A stretch of 64,000 nt of DNA from Lama glama. Lineage: Eukaryota. Below the pieces are notes generated by a model. That model was not told where the DNA came from. It was given only the letters and a program-made list of their open reading frames with translations, and did no database searches. The stretch is taken from assembly GCA_028534125.1 (NCBI GenBank), contig CM052828.1:4588001-4652000 (forward strand), given 5' to 3'. A program made the translations under genes and the position numbers. Positions 24,081-38,150 of the stretch are shown here, one piece after another. Positions within the stretch are counted from its first letter, which is position 1; the number at the start of each line of letters is the position of its first letter.

Positions 24081-25599
24081 CCTGGGCACTGGAGGAAACC
24101 TTTCTAGAGCAGGGGTTGAGATGCGCTGGGTTTTCTGGAAGAAGAGGCCGAAGAATTTCCTGAGGAAACAACTCTCTTCCAAAGGTTTGCTCCTTGGGAT
24201 CCTAGTTGTCAGCTATCCTCACATCTGTGGTTCCATCTTGACTTCCTATAAACACTTCACCAGATCAGAGTGGGAGAGGGAGCTGGAATTGAGACAGGAA
24301 CAAAATCCAAACCTGAGAACTACAAACGCTCGGTGAAATGGCTGTTGAAAATGCACACCTAAAGGTCTCACCTTTCTCCCAACTGCAGTTTGAGTGCCTT
24401 CAGTGCGGGAGCCAGATCCAGACCTCTGGGTCAGTGCTAAGCACCTTCTGGGCTTCCTCCCTCCTCCCCTCCTCCTGCAAAAACTTAGCTAGCTCTAGAC
24501 TGCCAGTCTTCACAGCCCAAGCGGAACCTCTTAAGAAGTCCAGCTCCAGGCTCGTATTTCCAACAGCCCCTTTCACGCTGCCCAAGGTATATTATTTGGA
24601 ATCCGGATTAAACCTAAAACACAATTTGATTCACTGCTTACACACCTATTTACCTATTTACCTGTTGATGTCAGCTGGACCACTCTAGGAGCTCACTCCC
24701 TACTGCGTACTAGGATCTTTTCAGTAATCTTTACATCCATGTAAATATAAGTTTATGTGATGTTTTGAGATCAGCGAAATGGGATGAGGACAGTTGCGTG
24801 GGGGGTAGTGAGTGTGGGCTGGCCAGTTACTAAATATAACTCATAGTAGACTGAAGTCCTCGTCCCTCTGAATGCTCTGACCCCTAGCTCAGCAGGGACG
24901 CACAGACACAGTGTACCTAGATTTCCAGATGTTCTTCAAGCTTTCTCATGCCAGCCATGTGGGCGTAATGGAAGCATCTGGGTTGGATATTGGCACAAGT
25001 AGATAGGTCAGTGGTTGGAAGACAGAACACACAGAGCTCTGGTGAGAACGCTGAGGGACTCTAACGGGAAGCTTTCACTGTAGTCCAACACAACACACGC
25101 ATCTCCTGTGGACTATGAGCGCCTCTCAGAAGCAGCCCCATTTCTGATTCATCTTTGCATTCCCAGTGGCTGGCCCAGCACACAGAACATAGTAGGCACG
25201 TGACAAATATTCATTGCTGATCAAAGGTATTATGGATCTGCTTATCAAATATGGAGGTGTCACAAAATTGATATAGTAAACATAATTGATTTTAAAATCA
25301 GGGTCACCCAAAGTCCAAGCAAATGGGAGCAGTGGGTGAATTGATTATGAGAACATATAAGGTCTCTCTCGAGTCTCCCAAACTTTGATTCTGCACATAC
25401 AGGTTGGGGAAGGTAGGACTCCTTAGCCAGCCACACAGATGAAAGCTGATGGTAAATTCAGTGTGAGGCACCAGAGACCTCTGTCTCAAAAGTGACCTTT
25501 GACTGCATTAAAAGTAAGTAGAGGCTCTGGGTCAGAATCTACTGTGTGTGTGCTGGGCGTATGGAGCTCTGGGCTCAGTGCTGAGCTCCCCAGTCTGGG

Positions 25600-26052
25600 A
25601 AGAGATGAGAGGAGAGGGATGGGATAGAGGAGGGACCGAAATCCCTTTGTGTGAGGACGATGGAAGGAACTAGCGATGTTTAGTCTGGAAGAGAGGGGAG
25701 TCCTTTGGGAGACGTGAGAGCTGCTTTCAAATATTTGGAAAGATGTCAGATAATGAAAGGGGTTGGAATTCTGTTGGCTCCCATTCCCCAGACGAGACCA
25801 GGGAGCTGAAGAATCCTGAAACGAGGGTGACTGTCCACAGCTGACACAATTCCTGCTGGCCGTGTCTCTTGGTGACAGACTCCTGGTTAACACGCTGCCT
25901 CAGGGGGAAGTGAGATCCCTGAAAGGACTGATTACAGCAGAACCTACGTGACCTCTGGCCAGGAACGTACTAAGATAGTTTCAAGCATCCCATGGTGAGT
26001 AGGGTGGAGAGAAGGCTTCTAGGATCCCTTCTGACACTAAGTCTATGATCTG
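25600..26052 (+). mobile_element. L3/CR1 3' remnant
   Basis: GAAGGAACTAGCGATGTTTAGTCTGGAAGAGAG...GCTTTCAAATATTTG (KEL-MFSLE..R; FKYL) and a CR1-like end GATCCCTTCTGACACTAAGTCTATGAT. Confidence 0.7.
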
Positions 26053-26309
26053 TCTATTTCTATTTTGCTAAGGGTTAACTCTGCCTTGCTGTAATTTCTT
26101 AAACCAAATGAGATCATTAAGGCTTTTTTATATTACTGTTGTATAAAGACAAATATGCATTGTGGAACCAAACCAAGCAGTGCGTATTTCTGAGCCTCAG
26201 CTTATAGAGTGAGACGTTTAAAGCTACAGCCACACATTACTGATGCTATACAATGATCATGATTACTGCAGGTTTGAAGTCATTAAATGCTGATATTTGC
26301 AAAAAGCTT

Positions 26310-26970
26310 TGTCTGGCCAGCGGGGTTACAGAACAACTGGAACTTGTATATACAGCTGGCAGGAATGCAGAAAGGTTCAGCCGTTTCAGAAAACAGTTGA
26401 GCAGTTTCTTATTAATTTAAACCTACACTCTCCAAATGACCCAGCAATCCCAATCCTAGGTGTGAATCCAAGAGCAATGAAAACTTATGTCCACACAGAC
26501 CCATACACAGAAATGTTTGTAGCAGCTTTATTCATAATGCTGAAAACTGGAAACAACCCAAATGTTCGTCAGCCAGTGAATGAATAAATAAGTTGTGGTA
26601 TGTCCACACGTGGACCACTACCCGGTAATAAAAACGAATGAATTGCTGATACAGACAACAATACAGGTGAATTTCAAGAGCATTACACTAGTAAAAGAAG
26701 TTAGACACAAGAGTGACACACATACAGTGTGACTGCATTTATTTGACCTTTGGAAGAGGCAGAACTGTAGGAATGAAAATCAGATTAGTGGTTGCCAGGT
26801 ACTGGGGGTGAAGGGAGGGCTTGTCTACAAAAGGACATAAGAGAACTGTTTAGGGTGAAAGAAATATACGTTGATTGTGGTGGTGGTGATGCAATATACA
26901 CTTGTCAACTCAGAGAACTGTACACCCAGAAGGGTGAATTTTACTTTATGCAAATCATACCTCAATAAAA
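26310..26970 (+). mobile_element. Old L1 (L1MB7/8- or L1ME-like) ORF2 end and 3' UTR
   Basis: ATGACCCAGCAATCCCAATCCTAGG, MKTYVHT-like ORF2 remnant, GATTAGTGGTTGCCAGG, terminal ATACCTCAATAAAA. Confidence 0.85.
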
Positions 26971-27664
26971 TGGTCTCAGGAAAAGCTCTGTCCTCATTTG
27001 TAATAGTTATTTTCTGGAGATTTGCACAGAGTTGGCATTCTAGAACTGTTTGTGGAATGAATGAATGAATGAGTCTTTACGGATGAAGTCAGGTTGTACA
27101 GAGATGAAACTGGAGGAGATTAAATGCTCCAATCCTCTTGGAGATGCTCTGCTGTCTGTCTGAGGAACGCCTCCCCCCTTCCCCCGCCATGATCGCTCAA
27201 GAGGTACAGGTGGGGTGGGAAGACAGGCTTGTGGCAGGAGGAAACAGCACCTCCACTGGGAAGCCAGCTTTTTGAGGAAGTCTTATTCATCTGCAGTTGG
27301 GACCTTCATTCGGGAAATGCCTAGTAGCCAACCCAATATTGCAACGTGCAAATGTTGTCTGAAGAGGCGGGGCGGGGAACACTGCATGTGGGAGAAATTC
27401 CCGTCGGAGGGCAGCCAAAGACTCTAACAGTGCGCGTGCTGCCCCAGAGGGTCGAAATTTCCTTCTGTGTTTCTAATCTAGCAATTGTCTTTTAAATTTT
27501 ACTTCAGAACAGGTAGATCAGAAAACAACACTCTCCAAATCTGAATAATACACTCCTAGTAATCACTGGAAGACTACAGCTGGCTTTAGGAAAATATGCC
27601 AAGTTGTATTTATAGACCAGTTACTTTGCAACTTTCTTCCTCTATGAGTATCGCAGGATTCCTT

Positions 27665-28610
27665 TTTAAATCACGTGAAACATTCTAAGCGTATGGTTCA
27701 GTAGTGTTAAGTATATTCACTCTGTTAGGCAACAAATCTCTGTAACTCTATTACCTTGCAAAACTGAACCTGTCCCCATTAAGCAACTTCCCATTCATCG
27801 CCTTCCCCAGCCCCTGGTAACCACCACCCCACTTTCTGTCTCTGTGGATTTAAATGGGCCATACGGTATTTGTCCTTTTGTGACTGGCTTATTTCAGTGA
27901 GCACAATGTACTCAAGGTTCATCTATGTTATGACATGTGTCAAAATTTCCTTCCCTTAAGGCTNNNNNNNNNNNNNNNNNNNNNNNNNNNNNNNNNNNNN
28001 NNNNNNNNNNNNNNNNNNNNNNNNNNNNNNNNNNNNNNNNNNNNNNNNNNNNNNNNNNNNNNNNNNNNNNNNNNNNNNNNNNNNNNNNNNNNNNNNNNNN
28101 NNNNGTTTCCAATTCTTTTGGATATCTCTCTATCTGTCTCTATATGTCTAGAAGGGGAATTGCTGGATCATATGGCAATACTATTTCTAATTCTTTGAGG
28201 AACTGCTCTACTNNNNNNNNNNNNNNNNNNNNNNNNNNNNNNNNNNNNNNNNNNNNNNNNNNNNNNNNNNNNNNNNNNNNNNNNNNNNNNNNNNNNNNNN
28301 NNNNNNNNNNNNNNNNNNNNNNNNNNNNNNNNNNNNNNNNNNNNGGGTGTGAAGTGGTCTCTTGTGGTCCGATTTGCATTTCCCTAATGATCAGCGATGT
28401 TGAGCATCTTTTCTTGTGTTTATTGGCCATTTGTGTATATCTTCTTTGGAGAAATGTCTACTCGAGTCCTTGTTCATTTTTTCCCCTTCGTTCATTTTAA
28501 AATCAGGTTGTTTTTGTTGTTGTTGTTGAGTTGCAGACATTTTAAGATATATTCTGGAGACTGCCTTAGTAAAGCTATGATTTGCAGTATTTCCTCCCAT
28601 TCCGTGTGTC
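27665..28610 (-). mobile_element. L1MB-like fragment (contains two N gaps)
   Basis: CCCCAGCCCCTGGTAACCACC, GGAATTGCTGGATCATATGG, TTTGCATTTCCCTAATGATCAGCGATGTTGAGCATCTTTTC; the minus-strand ORF MANKHKKRCSTSLIIREMQI is L1 ORF2. Confidence 0.9.
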
Positions 28611-29770
28611 GTACGGTGGAATCTGTCTACACAACAGAATCCTCTGTGTGGGAGCCGGTACCTTAACAAGCCCCCTGGGCTGTTCTGCTGCACTGAAGGG
28701 CATCTGCTTCACGGTTCTGATGCTCTTACGATAGGGCGGAACCTTCGTTAACGGATTTATGTAATAAACGTTAGTGGATTTGAATTGAGCCTGAGAGTGC
28801 TAAGAGTAGGAAAGGATACTAGGTGGTCACATCACCCAAGCACCTATTTTTAAGATGAACAAACCAAATCCTGTAGATCAAAGTGACTCCCCAGAGGGGG
28901 CACACGGCAAGAGCTTAGACACAGGCGTCCCCCTCTGTCTGTGGTGCTTCCATCATACTGGGGGGCTCTGGAATCTCTATGTAGGAGAACTGTGTGCTAT
29001 ACGGGCAGCCTGTGTGGCAGGCGCACACATTCCCCTAACAAAATAGGTGCATTAAAAGTGGGGTGTTTGTTTTCCTTAAGTGTGGGAATGTCTGATCAGA
29101 AAAATTTCCAGGCTCATGTTTTGCCTGAATGCCACGTTTCCTTGACGGCATGCTAGAGCTAGCTTGGGAAACCTAGCATCCTTGGGGAGTGGAGCCTAGG
29201 GACAGGTTAAGGGGCTGTGTCTTCCCTTTTTGAACAGTAGTGTCTCCTACCTGCCTCCCTGGTGTGCGGCTTCACTGTCCCTGGCTCTCCTCCTGCTTCT
29301 ATGGCTGTACTTTCTTTGTCCCCTTTGGGACCATTTCGAGTTCCTTCTCCCCCACAAATGTGAAGGTTCCTATGGCTCTGCCCTCAGCCCTCTTCTTTTC
29401 TCCCCAAGTACCTTCTCCCTAGACAGCCGCCCTTGGGCCCTTGGCTTTGCTGGTGATGGCTCCTGGGTGGAGCCCAGACCTGGATACGCAAGTGCCTTCC
29501 ACCTGTGTCCGTGGGGAGGCCCCAGCACATTAAACTCACCGTGTCCAAATTTCACCTGGTCTTTTCTTCCTCTAGACTTGCTCTCGTTGCCCTGTCTTTG
29601 CATTTTTCCATGCTAGAAACCCAGCTGTCACGGTCACTCAGTCATCTAACTCTGTTCCTGCTATTTGTTAAGTAGCGATCAAGTTCATTATCTTTCTTTT
29701 CATCCTGGCTTGACCCAGTCAGTTTAGCAAGTCATTGCTAAAGCAGAGACACTCAGGCTCCCAACTACAA

Positions 29771-29803
<33 letters not shown>

Positions 29804-29826
29804 CACTTACACACACTTACACACAA
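29771..29826 (+). repeat. (AC)n microsatellite, interrupted
   Basis: Direct inspection. Confidence 0.92.
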
Positions 29827-30059
29827 AGGAACGTGTGTGGTGAACAGGCAACATGATGGCAGGGATCCCCACCCAGATCCCTTTGCCCCGGAGGATGCCC
29901 GGACTGCTGAGTGTTGGCTGCTCAAGGCTCGCCACCTGCATAACCTCCCAGCATGTGTCAGGTTACCTGTGTTCCCCACCCTCGAGGAGCCCTCAGCCAG
30001 TGACTGATGAGTCCATGGATACAGAAGTCAGGACCCCTGCATCAAAGAGGGACACCTCT

Positions 30060-30247
30060 GTGCTGCCGTTCACCTTCCAAGCATCTGTGGGAGGAGGCTG
30101 AGGCTAGACTTCAGCTGAAAACACATCTTTCCTTAGCTGCCTCCCCTTCCCTCTCCTGCTTCGCTGTCCTTCCGACAGATCCCTCCGGAGGGCCTCTGCA
30201 CGAGAATCTCATCTCAGCTCTGTTTCTAGGGACCCTGACCCGAGACA
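30060..30247 (+). mobile_element. LTR16-like (ERVL) LTR 3' part
   Basis: Ends ATCTCAGCTCTGTTTCTAGGGACCCTGACCCGAGACA, an LTR16-type terminus. Confidence 0.6.
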
Positions 30248-30416
30248 GGGGGCATGACTGACACTTGTCAAGGGGAACAAGCAGAGCTTAGAAAGACCAA
30301 CCACACACAGGCCAGGCCCTGGCAGCCCTCAAGGAATCGATGAAAAGACGATTCAGGAAGTGTTACTTTACCAACCAGACAGAAAAATTAACATATTGAT
30401 TTACTTTTTTTTTAGC

Positions 30417-30509
30417 TTTTTTTTTTTTTAATGGAGGTACTGAGGATTGAACCCAGGACCTCGTGTGTGCTGAGCACACACTCTACCACTGAGTTATTTC
30501 CCTCTCCCC
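30417..30509 (-). mobile_element. Camelid tRNA-derived SINE
   Basis: Poly-T then GGAGGTACTGAGGATTGAACCCAGGACCTCG...CTCTACCACTGAG (reverse complement of the SINE). Confidence 0.88.
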
Positions 30510-31177
30510 TGACTTACTTACTTTAAAGAGAGGTGATTTGCAGACTGTTTGCCTATCTGCCCATTTTGCTCTACTGGACCCTCTGTCTTCTGGCCTTATC
30601 TGGAAAGGGGGTGTGTATTTGGCATAAGCCCTGAAAGATGAGATGCAATCAGCAGAAGGTGGACAGGAACATGGAAAGAGCTTGTGCAAAGGCCCTGAGG
30701 CAAAACCAAAACACTCCAGCATGTCCGCCGCCACCACCAACAGAAAGGTAGAGTGTCCCAGGGACCCAGAGGAAGCCACGGTGCCTGGAGCTTGTGGAGT
30801 TCAAGAAAGAGGAGGACAGGATGAAGCTGAGAGAAAGGTAAAGGCCAGAACACTCAGGGCCTCTTAGGAGAGGCATGCGGATTTTAATCTGAGATGTAAC
30901 CGGAAGGTTTTAGGCATCGTGACAAAGCAATCTGTTTTGTATTTTTAAAAGAATATTTGATTCCAGAGTCTTTTGTCTTAATAAGGAAACTTCTGCAAGT
31001 TCAAAAGAAAAATGATTGACAATTTCAAGGGTCAGAAAATCACTTTTCCATGTATCCTTGAAATTGTTAAAGCCATTTTAATTTCCAGGCTAGCACAGGA
31101 AGGACTAAGGAGGGCAGCTGGTTTGTTTTTAAAAAGTAAATTATATGAAATCTTTATAAGATTTTAATTTTCTTTTT

Positions 31178-31328
31178 TTTAAATAATATTTTTTGTTTTG
31201 TTTTCATTTGAGGGGGAGGTAATTAACGTTTATTTACTTATTTATTTTAATGGAGACTGAATGGGGATTGAACCCAGGCCTCGTGCATGCTAAGCATGTG
31301 CTCTACCACTGAGCTATACCCTCCCCCC
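31178..31328 (-). mobile_element. Camelid tRNA-derived SINE
   Basis: GGGGATTGAACCCAGG...CTCTACCACTGAGCTATACCCTCCCCCC; TSD TTAATTTTCTTTTT at 31164-31177 and 31330-31343. Confidence 0.9.
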
Positions 31329-31899
31329 ATTAATTTTCTTTTTATATCATAGCAAAGGATGAACATTAGTTGAGCAATTTTTACTTGATTAGATCATTTC
31401 CAGCAGACCTTATATTCAGGAGCTTTATTTTAATAGCTTATATGCAGAAAGCTTTGGTGGTCACTGGCAAAAATATTAAGCATTGAAATTCGAAATTCTC
31501 TTTGCATGTACTGCAGTTTTTAAAATGACAGCTACTATTTCAAAGCCTAAATTAATGTAATGAAAATAATTTCTTTAAACGAAAGGAGATGAAATGGTGC
31601 CTACGCAAACTCTATAAACTTAAAAGAGGAATAATTTCTATCAAACTGCTCCATCAAAAGATGAATAATTTCCATCAAACTAATTTCCCTCCGACTTTCC
31701 TGTAATACTTTCCCTCTAAAAATCTTATATAAGCTTGTTCATCTCTATGCAGTTTAAAGAATCATTGTATTGATAGTTTATTTTCTACACATTCTTGTAA
31801 TTGTCAATGACAATAGTGAAATACTCTTCTGTGTATCCCTAATGTCATTAAAATCTATTTTAATCTCCAGGATTTTCTTTCTTAAAAATTTACTGTTTT

Positions 31900-32850
31900 G
31901 CAGAGAATTTTTTAAGCAGGGGCAGCAGTAGAAATGAGACCAGTCAGGAGGTCCCCGGGCGCCCAGAAGCGAGGCACGGGGGTGGCTCAGAAGACTGTGT
32001 GGAGACAGGCAGGCCAGTGAGACGCACGTAGGAACAACAGGACTTGCTGATGCTTTGGATGGGGGGGGGGTGAGGATGAGAGAGGAATCCGGGATAGTGA
32101 CCACATTTTCAACTTGAGCAAATGGCTGAACAGTGTCAGCAGTGACCAGATAGGGAAACTGGGAGAGGCCCTAGTTCGGCGGTGAAGGAATCAGGAGTGG
32201 CACTTTTTAAAGCAAAGGGTGCATCCACGCAGAGCTGTCAAGTGGGCGTTTAGATGGAGGATTCGGGAGGTTGGAGAGGTTTGAGGTGTCCTTTGCGGAA
32301 TCCTTAGCACTTAAGTCACAAGATGGGATGAGGTCATGTGGGGAGAAAGGACAGAGGAGAAGAGAGAGCCTTGAACCGCTCTGGACGCCAGCACTTAGGA
32401 GTCGGGTGTCTGTCTGAGGGAGGCAGGGAGAAGCCTGCAACAGATCCTGCCAAAGAACAGCAAGAGAAGCAGCAGAAAAACTCAGAAAGTGCAGCATCAG
32501 AGAAGCTGGGAGAAGAACACGCTTTAAGATGCGGACGTGGGTCGGTGAGTTAAATGCAAAAGTCACGTGACACAAAACCAGAGAAGATGTCCCTTGGATT
32601 TGTAATCCGGGGGAGTTCAGTGGCTCTGACAAGGACAGAAACGAGACTGGAGGGGGTTTGAGGAGAGAACGGGGGACAGGAGGTCACACCGTGGACAGCT
32701 CTCGAGAAGGTTTGCCTGGACAGGGGCGAAGTGGGGAGGGCCCGCAGAGAAGTGTGTGCGCAGCACCAGGAAGCTTTGGCGACGTGCTGGTTAATGTTTA
32801 ACAGAACCCCCTTTGGAGACGGAAACCTTCGTTTGTTTGGATAAATACTC
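31900..32850 (-). mobile_element. L2 remnant
   Basis: GACTTGCTGATGCTTTGGATG, TTGAGCAAATGG, CAAAACCAGAGAAGATGTCCCTTGGATTTG are typical of antisense L2. Confidence 0.65.
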
Positions 32851-33480
32851 TGCACGGTCAATTTCAAGTCACCACCGCAAGGCCAGACAGCTTGCAAGCT
32901 CACTGAGCACTGAGCACTTGGCTCTGAGGAGCCAGGGCGACCCAGTTCCAGCAGCCACTGCCTCAGAGGGAAGTCCTTCCCCAGAGCTGGGGCTGCTAAA
33001 CCGTCTGGGAGGTGGTCCTGAGAAGAAAGAGAGTGTTGTTTCAGGACAGCAAAAGCCTAAACGAGGGAGGGAGCAGGCACCGAGAGGTTTGCCGACTTGG
33101 GGGTGGGAAGAGGAGAGAGACCCCTTCCAGGGCTCCTAGTCCCTCAGGGAAACAGGAGACGAGGCTGTCAGCAGAGGGACTGGCCAGCGGATGCTGGTGG
33201 TGGTGGAGTTGAGGGATCGCGTGGTGGAGGAAGGTGGACAGGAGCCTCAGGAAGACAGAGAGGAGCGGTGTGTGACAGGAACGTGGGGTGAGGGCCTGGG
33301 AGGCGTCTGGTGACCTAATCTGCTGAGGATCTGCCTGTTGCAGGCGGCGTCCTCCCAGACTGTGAGGAGTAGGGTCTGCGAGGCCAGCGTGGTAGATGTG
33401 TCATCCCCATGTACACTGAAGTGGCCAAAATCCTGCATAAGGTGAATGGACAGCCAGATAGGCATCCAGGAGCTGAAGCA

Positions 33481-33483
<3 letters not shown>

Positions 33484-33514
<31 letters not shown>
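33484..33514 (+). repeat. (TG)15 microsatellite
   Basis: Direct inspection. Confidence 0.93.
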
Positions 33515-33517
<3 letters not shown>

Positions 33518-34858
33518 AAGTCTGGGCATGACGGCCATCAGGAGGAGGAGGAGATGGCCTGCGAGAGGTGCAGCCGTTTGTGCAACAGTGAGGGAGAGAT
33601 GTGGTCTGCGAGGGGCAGTGGGGAGCCAGGAGAACACAACGGATGTTTCTGGTCCTGAGCTCCGAGAGGCGTGAGAAACGGCTCCAGCTGCTCCAGCTGC
33701 AGTGGAACATTCTCAGGGTGAGCCAGGCTCTGGTGAAGGAATGGGGTGGAGCTGAGGGTCCGCTGATGGCAAAGTGGAGAGCCCTCAGGGGGCTAGTGGG
33801 GACGGGGTCCGACCGAGGGTGCCCAGAGCTGACTGTGGGTGTGACTCTGGGTGAGCAGAGAGGCTGGGGTTTCTGGTGGTGGCTGAGTTAAGAACGGATT
33901 AGAGGCACGTACCCTCGTTTGGGTACAACACATTCCACACCAATATGCCGCTAAGATTATCAACAAGACGCCCGGCTTGAGAGCCTTTGAGACATTACCT
34001 GAGTTAACCTCTAAGCGGACTGAAATGCTCTCAAGCATCATTCGGCGTCCCCCCAGTCACTGAACGCGAATTCCTTCACTTGGCACCTCCTGGGTTCTTG
34101 TTCATATTTCTGGCACCCAACTGAGATTTCTTGGCCCATGTCATTTTCTGCCTTAGAGAGTTTTTCTCTCTGAAATTTAATTTCATATACCATTTGTATG
34201 TCCTCGTTTGCTTTCTTCTCCTAAAGCTGTTTCTGTGTGAGCTGTAAAACGGTGTCTTTTATAGGATTTATTTTCCCTTACTTGTGAGATTAACTCCAAA
34301 CATACTACTTTGACGACTCAAACTTTTCTCCTGAACAAAAGGGAGATTCAAAAACATTAACCAATCGAATCTCCTTGATTCATGTACTGGTATTCGTAGG
34401 AAGCCATCTAGCAGTAGGCCTCCTTCCTTCTATGAGTGTTTTGAAAGAGTACCAAAGGGAAACCAGCCACCACAAGTATTTTTCTGCAGGACTTAGGAAA
34501 TTCTTAGTAGTCAACCAAATAGGATAATGCAGTCTGTTTGCTGCAAGAATATAACTGATATCATAACAGCTGCCACCTTTTATTTCAGAGGGAAAAAATA
34601 CCGCATTATGTTAAAGACACAGGATTTCAAATGCTCAATTACATATATTTTATTTTTGCTGGAATTTTCCATCTTTAGAACCTAGCCTCTAGAAACAAGA
34701 GAGGCGCTGTCCTGGGTTCCTGTTTTCCAGGGTGGTGGCATTTCGTGGGGTAATAGTACAAATGAGAAATTCAACAAGGTTACAGGAACTTCTGATAGAA
34801 AATACGGGTCAGAGTCAATCTGGCGTGGGAATCATTAGCAGTAACTTTTAGTTCTTTT

Positions 34859-35090
34859 GGGAGTTTGAGATTTGCAAATGTTAGCTACTAGTATATAAAA
34901 ATAGATTAAAAAACCAAGTTTCTTCTGTATAGCACAGGGCACCATATTCAATACCTTGTAAAACTTTTAATGGAGAAGAATATGAAAACAAATATATGTG
35001 TGTGTATGCATGACTGGGACATTGTGCTGTACACCAGAAATTGACACACTGTAACTGTACTTCAATTTAAAAAAAAAATTAAAAACAAAA
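34859..35090 (+). mobile_element. 5'-truncated L1 3' UTR (camelid type)
   Basis: GGGAGTTTGAGATTTGCAAA...TATAGCACAGGG...GCTGTACACCAGAAATTGACAC...polyA. Confidence 0.88.
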
Positions 35091-36749
35091 GAAAACCCCT
35101 TTAAATTCTGAATTCCTTCAACATGTGCTAAAGAATTAAAAAATAAAAAGAAAAGAAAAGAAAAGAACACCAGGCTCCCAACCATTCTGTGAAAGGCACT
35201 AAACAATTGGAAAATAATCATTTTAAATGACGTGACCATTCACCTGGCGATGCCTAATCCCACTTACCAAATTCAGAAATCTCTAAGAGCCTAACAGATA
35301 TGGCATTTCTGAGTGTGGTAAACAGATTCCCTTGTTTTGATATTATTTGAGATCCACAATCTAAGCTTGTTTTGACAATGTATTTTTCTATTCATTTTTG
35401 TTGAGTGTCTGCACCATCCATGTTTTGGGCACAGTGTTAACCCATGGATATAAGTTGCAAGTAGTTGTAATACAGAGCACATTGATAAGAGATATAAGGA
35501 AACCCTCAAACCCTCTGGGAATTTAAAGAAAGGAACATTACTTCTTGCCAGGGAATGAGAGACGAAATCTCAGCGGAAGTGGAATTTGAACGGTGTGTCA
35601 CGGGGACAGTAAGTCTGGAACAGAAGCAAGAGGTGATGGGAGGATCAGCTAAGGCAGAGGAATTAAAGTGAAGATGTGTCCCAAGTCTGGGAAATGCCAA
35701 GTAGGCTGGTTTGGTGGGGGGAACACAGGACCCACGAGGCATAGAAAATTAGTTTACAGCCAGACGTGCCTGGATACCACGCGGAGAAATCTGGGCTCCG
35801 GGGAAAAGGCAGTGGGGAGCGGCCGGATGTGGCGTGCACCCGCTCTCCGAGGTGGACTCTCCAGCACGCGTGGGAGAACTTGGAGAAGCGGCGACTGGGG
35901 CAGAGCTGTCAGCTACGACACTGCTCACATCACAGGTTTAAGATCTTTTGCTTTTAATATCTCACAATTATTGCCATCATTGTTAACTTTCATGGTCATT
36001 TATTAGATGTCTGCCATGTGCCAGGCACACTCATCAAGTCTCTAGTATACACAAGTGATCAGGACAGAATGTAAGGGAGTGCTTCATCTCGTTGGTATCA
36101 TCAGATAATAAGCAAGAGGAAGGAGGAAGACTTCAGATGAATAAATTCTATTAAGAAAATCAAATGCGGTATCCTTCCCTTTGCAGAAACGGGGTTGAGT
36201 AGGTTATTTTGAACAGCCCTCCCACTGAAAACCATGAAAAAGGGTGGGTAAAGTACCTTTTTTTTTTTTTTAAAGAAAAACCTCAAAAGCTCAGATACAA
36301 GAGTAAGGAATTTACTAGGTTGAAATCTGTAGGAAAGAGGAGGTCATTGAGGCCTGGACTTGCTTTTGCTTTGAGAACAAATGTGATCCAGGAGAACTTG
36401 AATTTGGGATTTGGTGGCCTAGAGGAGTAGGAGGAAAAAATCCTTGCTCCTCTTCAAATTGGGGGACTGGCAATATGACATCCTCATCACATCACGCTGG
36501 AATTAAGGTATGAGTCAGTGCAAGTGTAAGACGCAACCAGGAGTAAGCCTTTCCACCCTCGTGACTTGAGACCTCATCTCTGCCAAAACCCTGGAGGACT
36601 TAGTCCCTTTTCAAATATGCAATTAAATTATTCTAGAAAGTTCTTCTGAACCACGAGGATCACTAAGACTTTCTGAAGTGAACTACCACGTTTTAGTTAT
36701 CCTCGTGTCTATTCCGAGCGGTTTGTGGAGGGCAGAATTAAAACCCACT

Positions 36750-37450
36750 GGAGACTTTTGGTTTCTGGCCCAGCCGGTAAGCAGCTTTAGCAGTCCATAC
36801 TCCAGCCTAACAAGGAAAACACTGAACACACCCAAAAACTAACAACTCGTCTTAAATCTGAAAGAGAAGTGAGAACACAGGGCAAACGACGACTCTCCCC
36901 AAACTGGAAAGACACACAGGCAGCTACGGAGAATCACAACTTCCCGGAGCAGACACCTCCCAGCAGATAGACACTTCCTCGGGAACCAGTGCTGGGGTGG
37001 GAACCCTGAGCGATAATGGACCAGCTGCTGGAGCCTCAGTGTGGACAAGTCTGAGAGATGAGAACTCCTGGGACACCGAGTCATCAGGGGCCTTCACACT
37101 TTGGGGAGTTTTAGCCCCGGGAGCTCTACCTGGTTCTCCTTGTGAATATCAGCAAAAAATCCGCGCCCCGCTTCAGGCAGGAGGAAGGGCAAGGAGCCCC
37201 GGGAAAATACACCGGAGGCCTCTGTTCACCAGGCCTGCCCTCGGGGGCACCAGGTAAGCAGAGCCTGACCTGCTGGGGTGTCATCAGAGCCCAACTGGCA
37301 TGGGGAAAGAAAGACCCGACTCCAGTCCTCTCGAGCCGTAAAACCGAGAAGCACTGTCAAGTTCAGTCTCAAGGCACAGGCTCAGCTAAAGTCAATCAGA
37401 AGAGGCATCTTCCTTGGCAGGAAGAGAACAGAGGACACAGCACCCCACAA
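36750..37450 (+). mobile_element. Ancient L1 (L1MC/L1M4-type) 5' UTR remnant
   Basis: GAGAATCACAACTT, GGGAACCAGTGCTGGGGT and TGCTGGAGCCTCAGTGTGGACAAGTCTGAGAG resemble the recalled L1MC 5'-end consensus. Confidence 0.65.
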
Positions 37451-38050
37451 CCCCCGTCAAAGGCTGCAGCAGTCAGGGAAGAGGGTAGCAGGGGAGGAGC
37501 AGTTGTAATTACACGATACGACAGCAGAGCCAGAAAGTGAAACCTGCAGCCACATCTCACTGTACTGAATGCCGGCGCGGTGTTCCGTAGTCCAAGCACC
37601 TAACACCCCAGCACCAGCCAGACCCGAGGGTGAGGCCCTCCTCCTGGGCATGACCACCCAGCACAGCATCGCAAGAGGTGGCCAGACTGGAGGGGTGACT
37701 TTCGTTCTGGTCACACATTCATTCATGGCGGAACGTGACTACACCTTCAGCACAGGCAGAGAGAATCAAGCGTCCTGTCAGATAATTTTCCTATAGCTGG
37801 TTGTTCATTGCTTAAAGAACCAGAGGAGAAAAGCAATGAGTAGGCCTATTTTCTGACGAGCTCTTGAGTGTACTAACTCACTGGCAGCCAACTGAACGAC
37901 ACACTACACATGTTTACACTGTTTTCTTAATTTAGGCTTTCTAATTGGCAAATAGATAAAAGGATTTTAGAAACTGGCTCTTAAATAATATCATTGATTG
38001 GCACTTGTTAGATATTTTACTTATGAAGCGTTATCCAAACAACACACCCT

Positions 38051-38150
38051 GAGGGAGGGTATGGTTCAAAGGGAGCACAGGCTTAGTATTCACAAAGTCC
38101 TGACTTCAATCTCCAGTACCTCCATTAAAAAAAAAAAAGAAAGAAAGAAA
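38051..38150 (+). mobile_element. Camelid tRNA-derived SINE (diverged)
   Basis: GGGAGGGTATGGTTCAA...CTCCAGTACCTCCATT-polyA, flanked by ACACCCTG repeats. Confidence 0.8.

Noticed and set aside
22758-24182. ORFs of 135-221 aa in the orphan CpG island
   Set aside because: They run through N gaps, (TG)n and GC-rich DNA with no recognisable domain.
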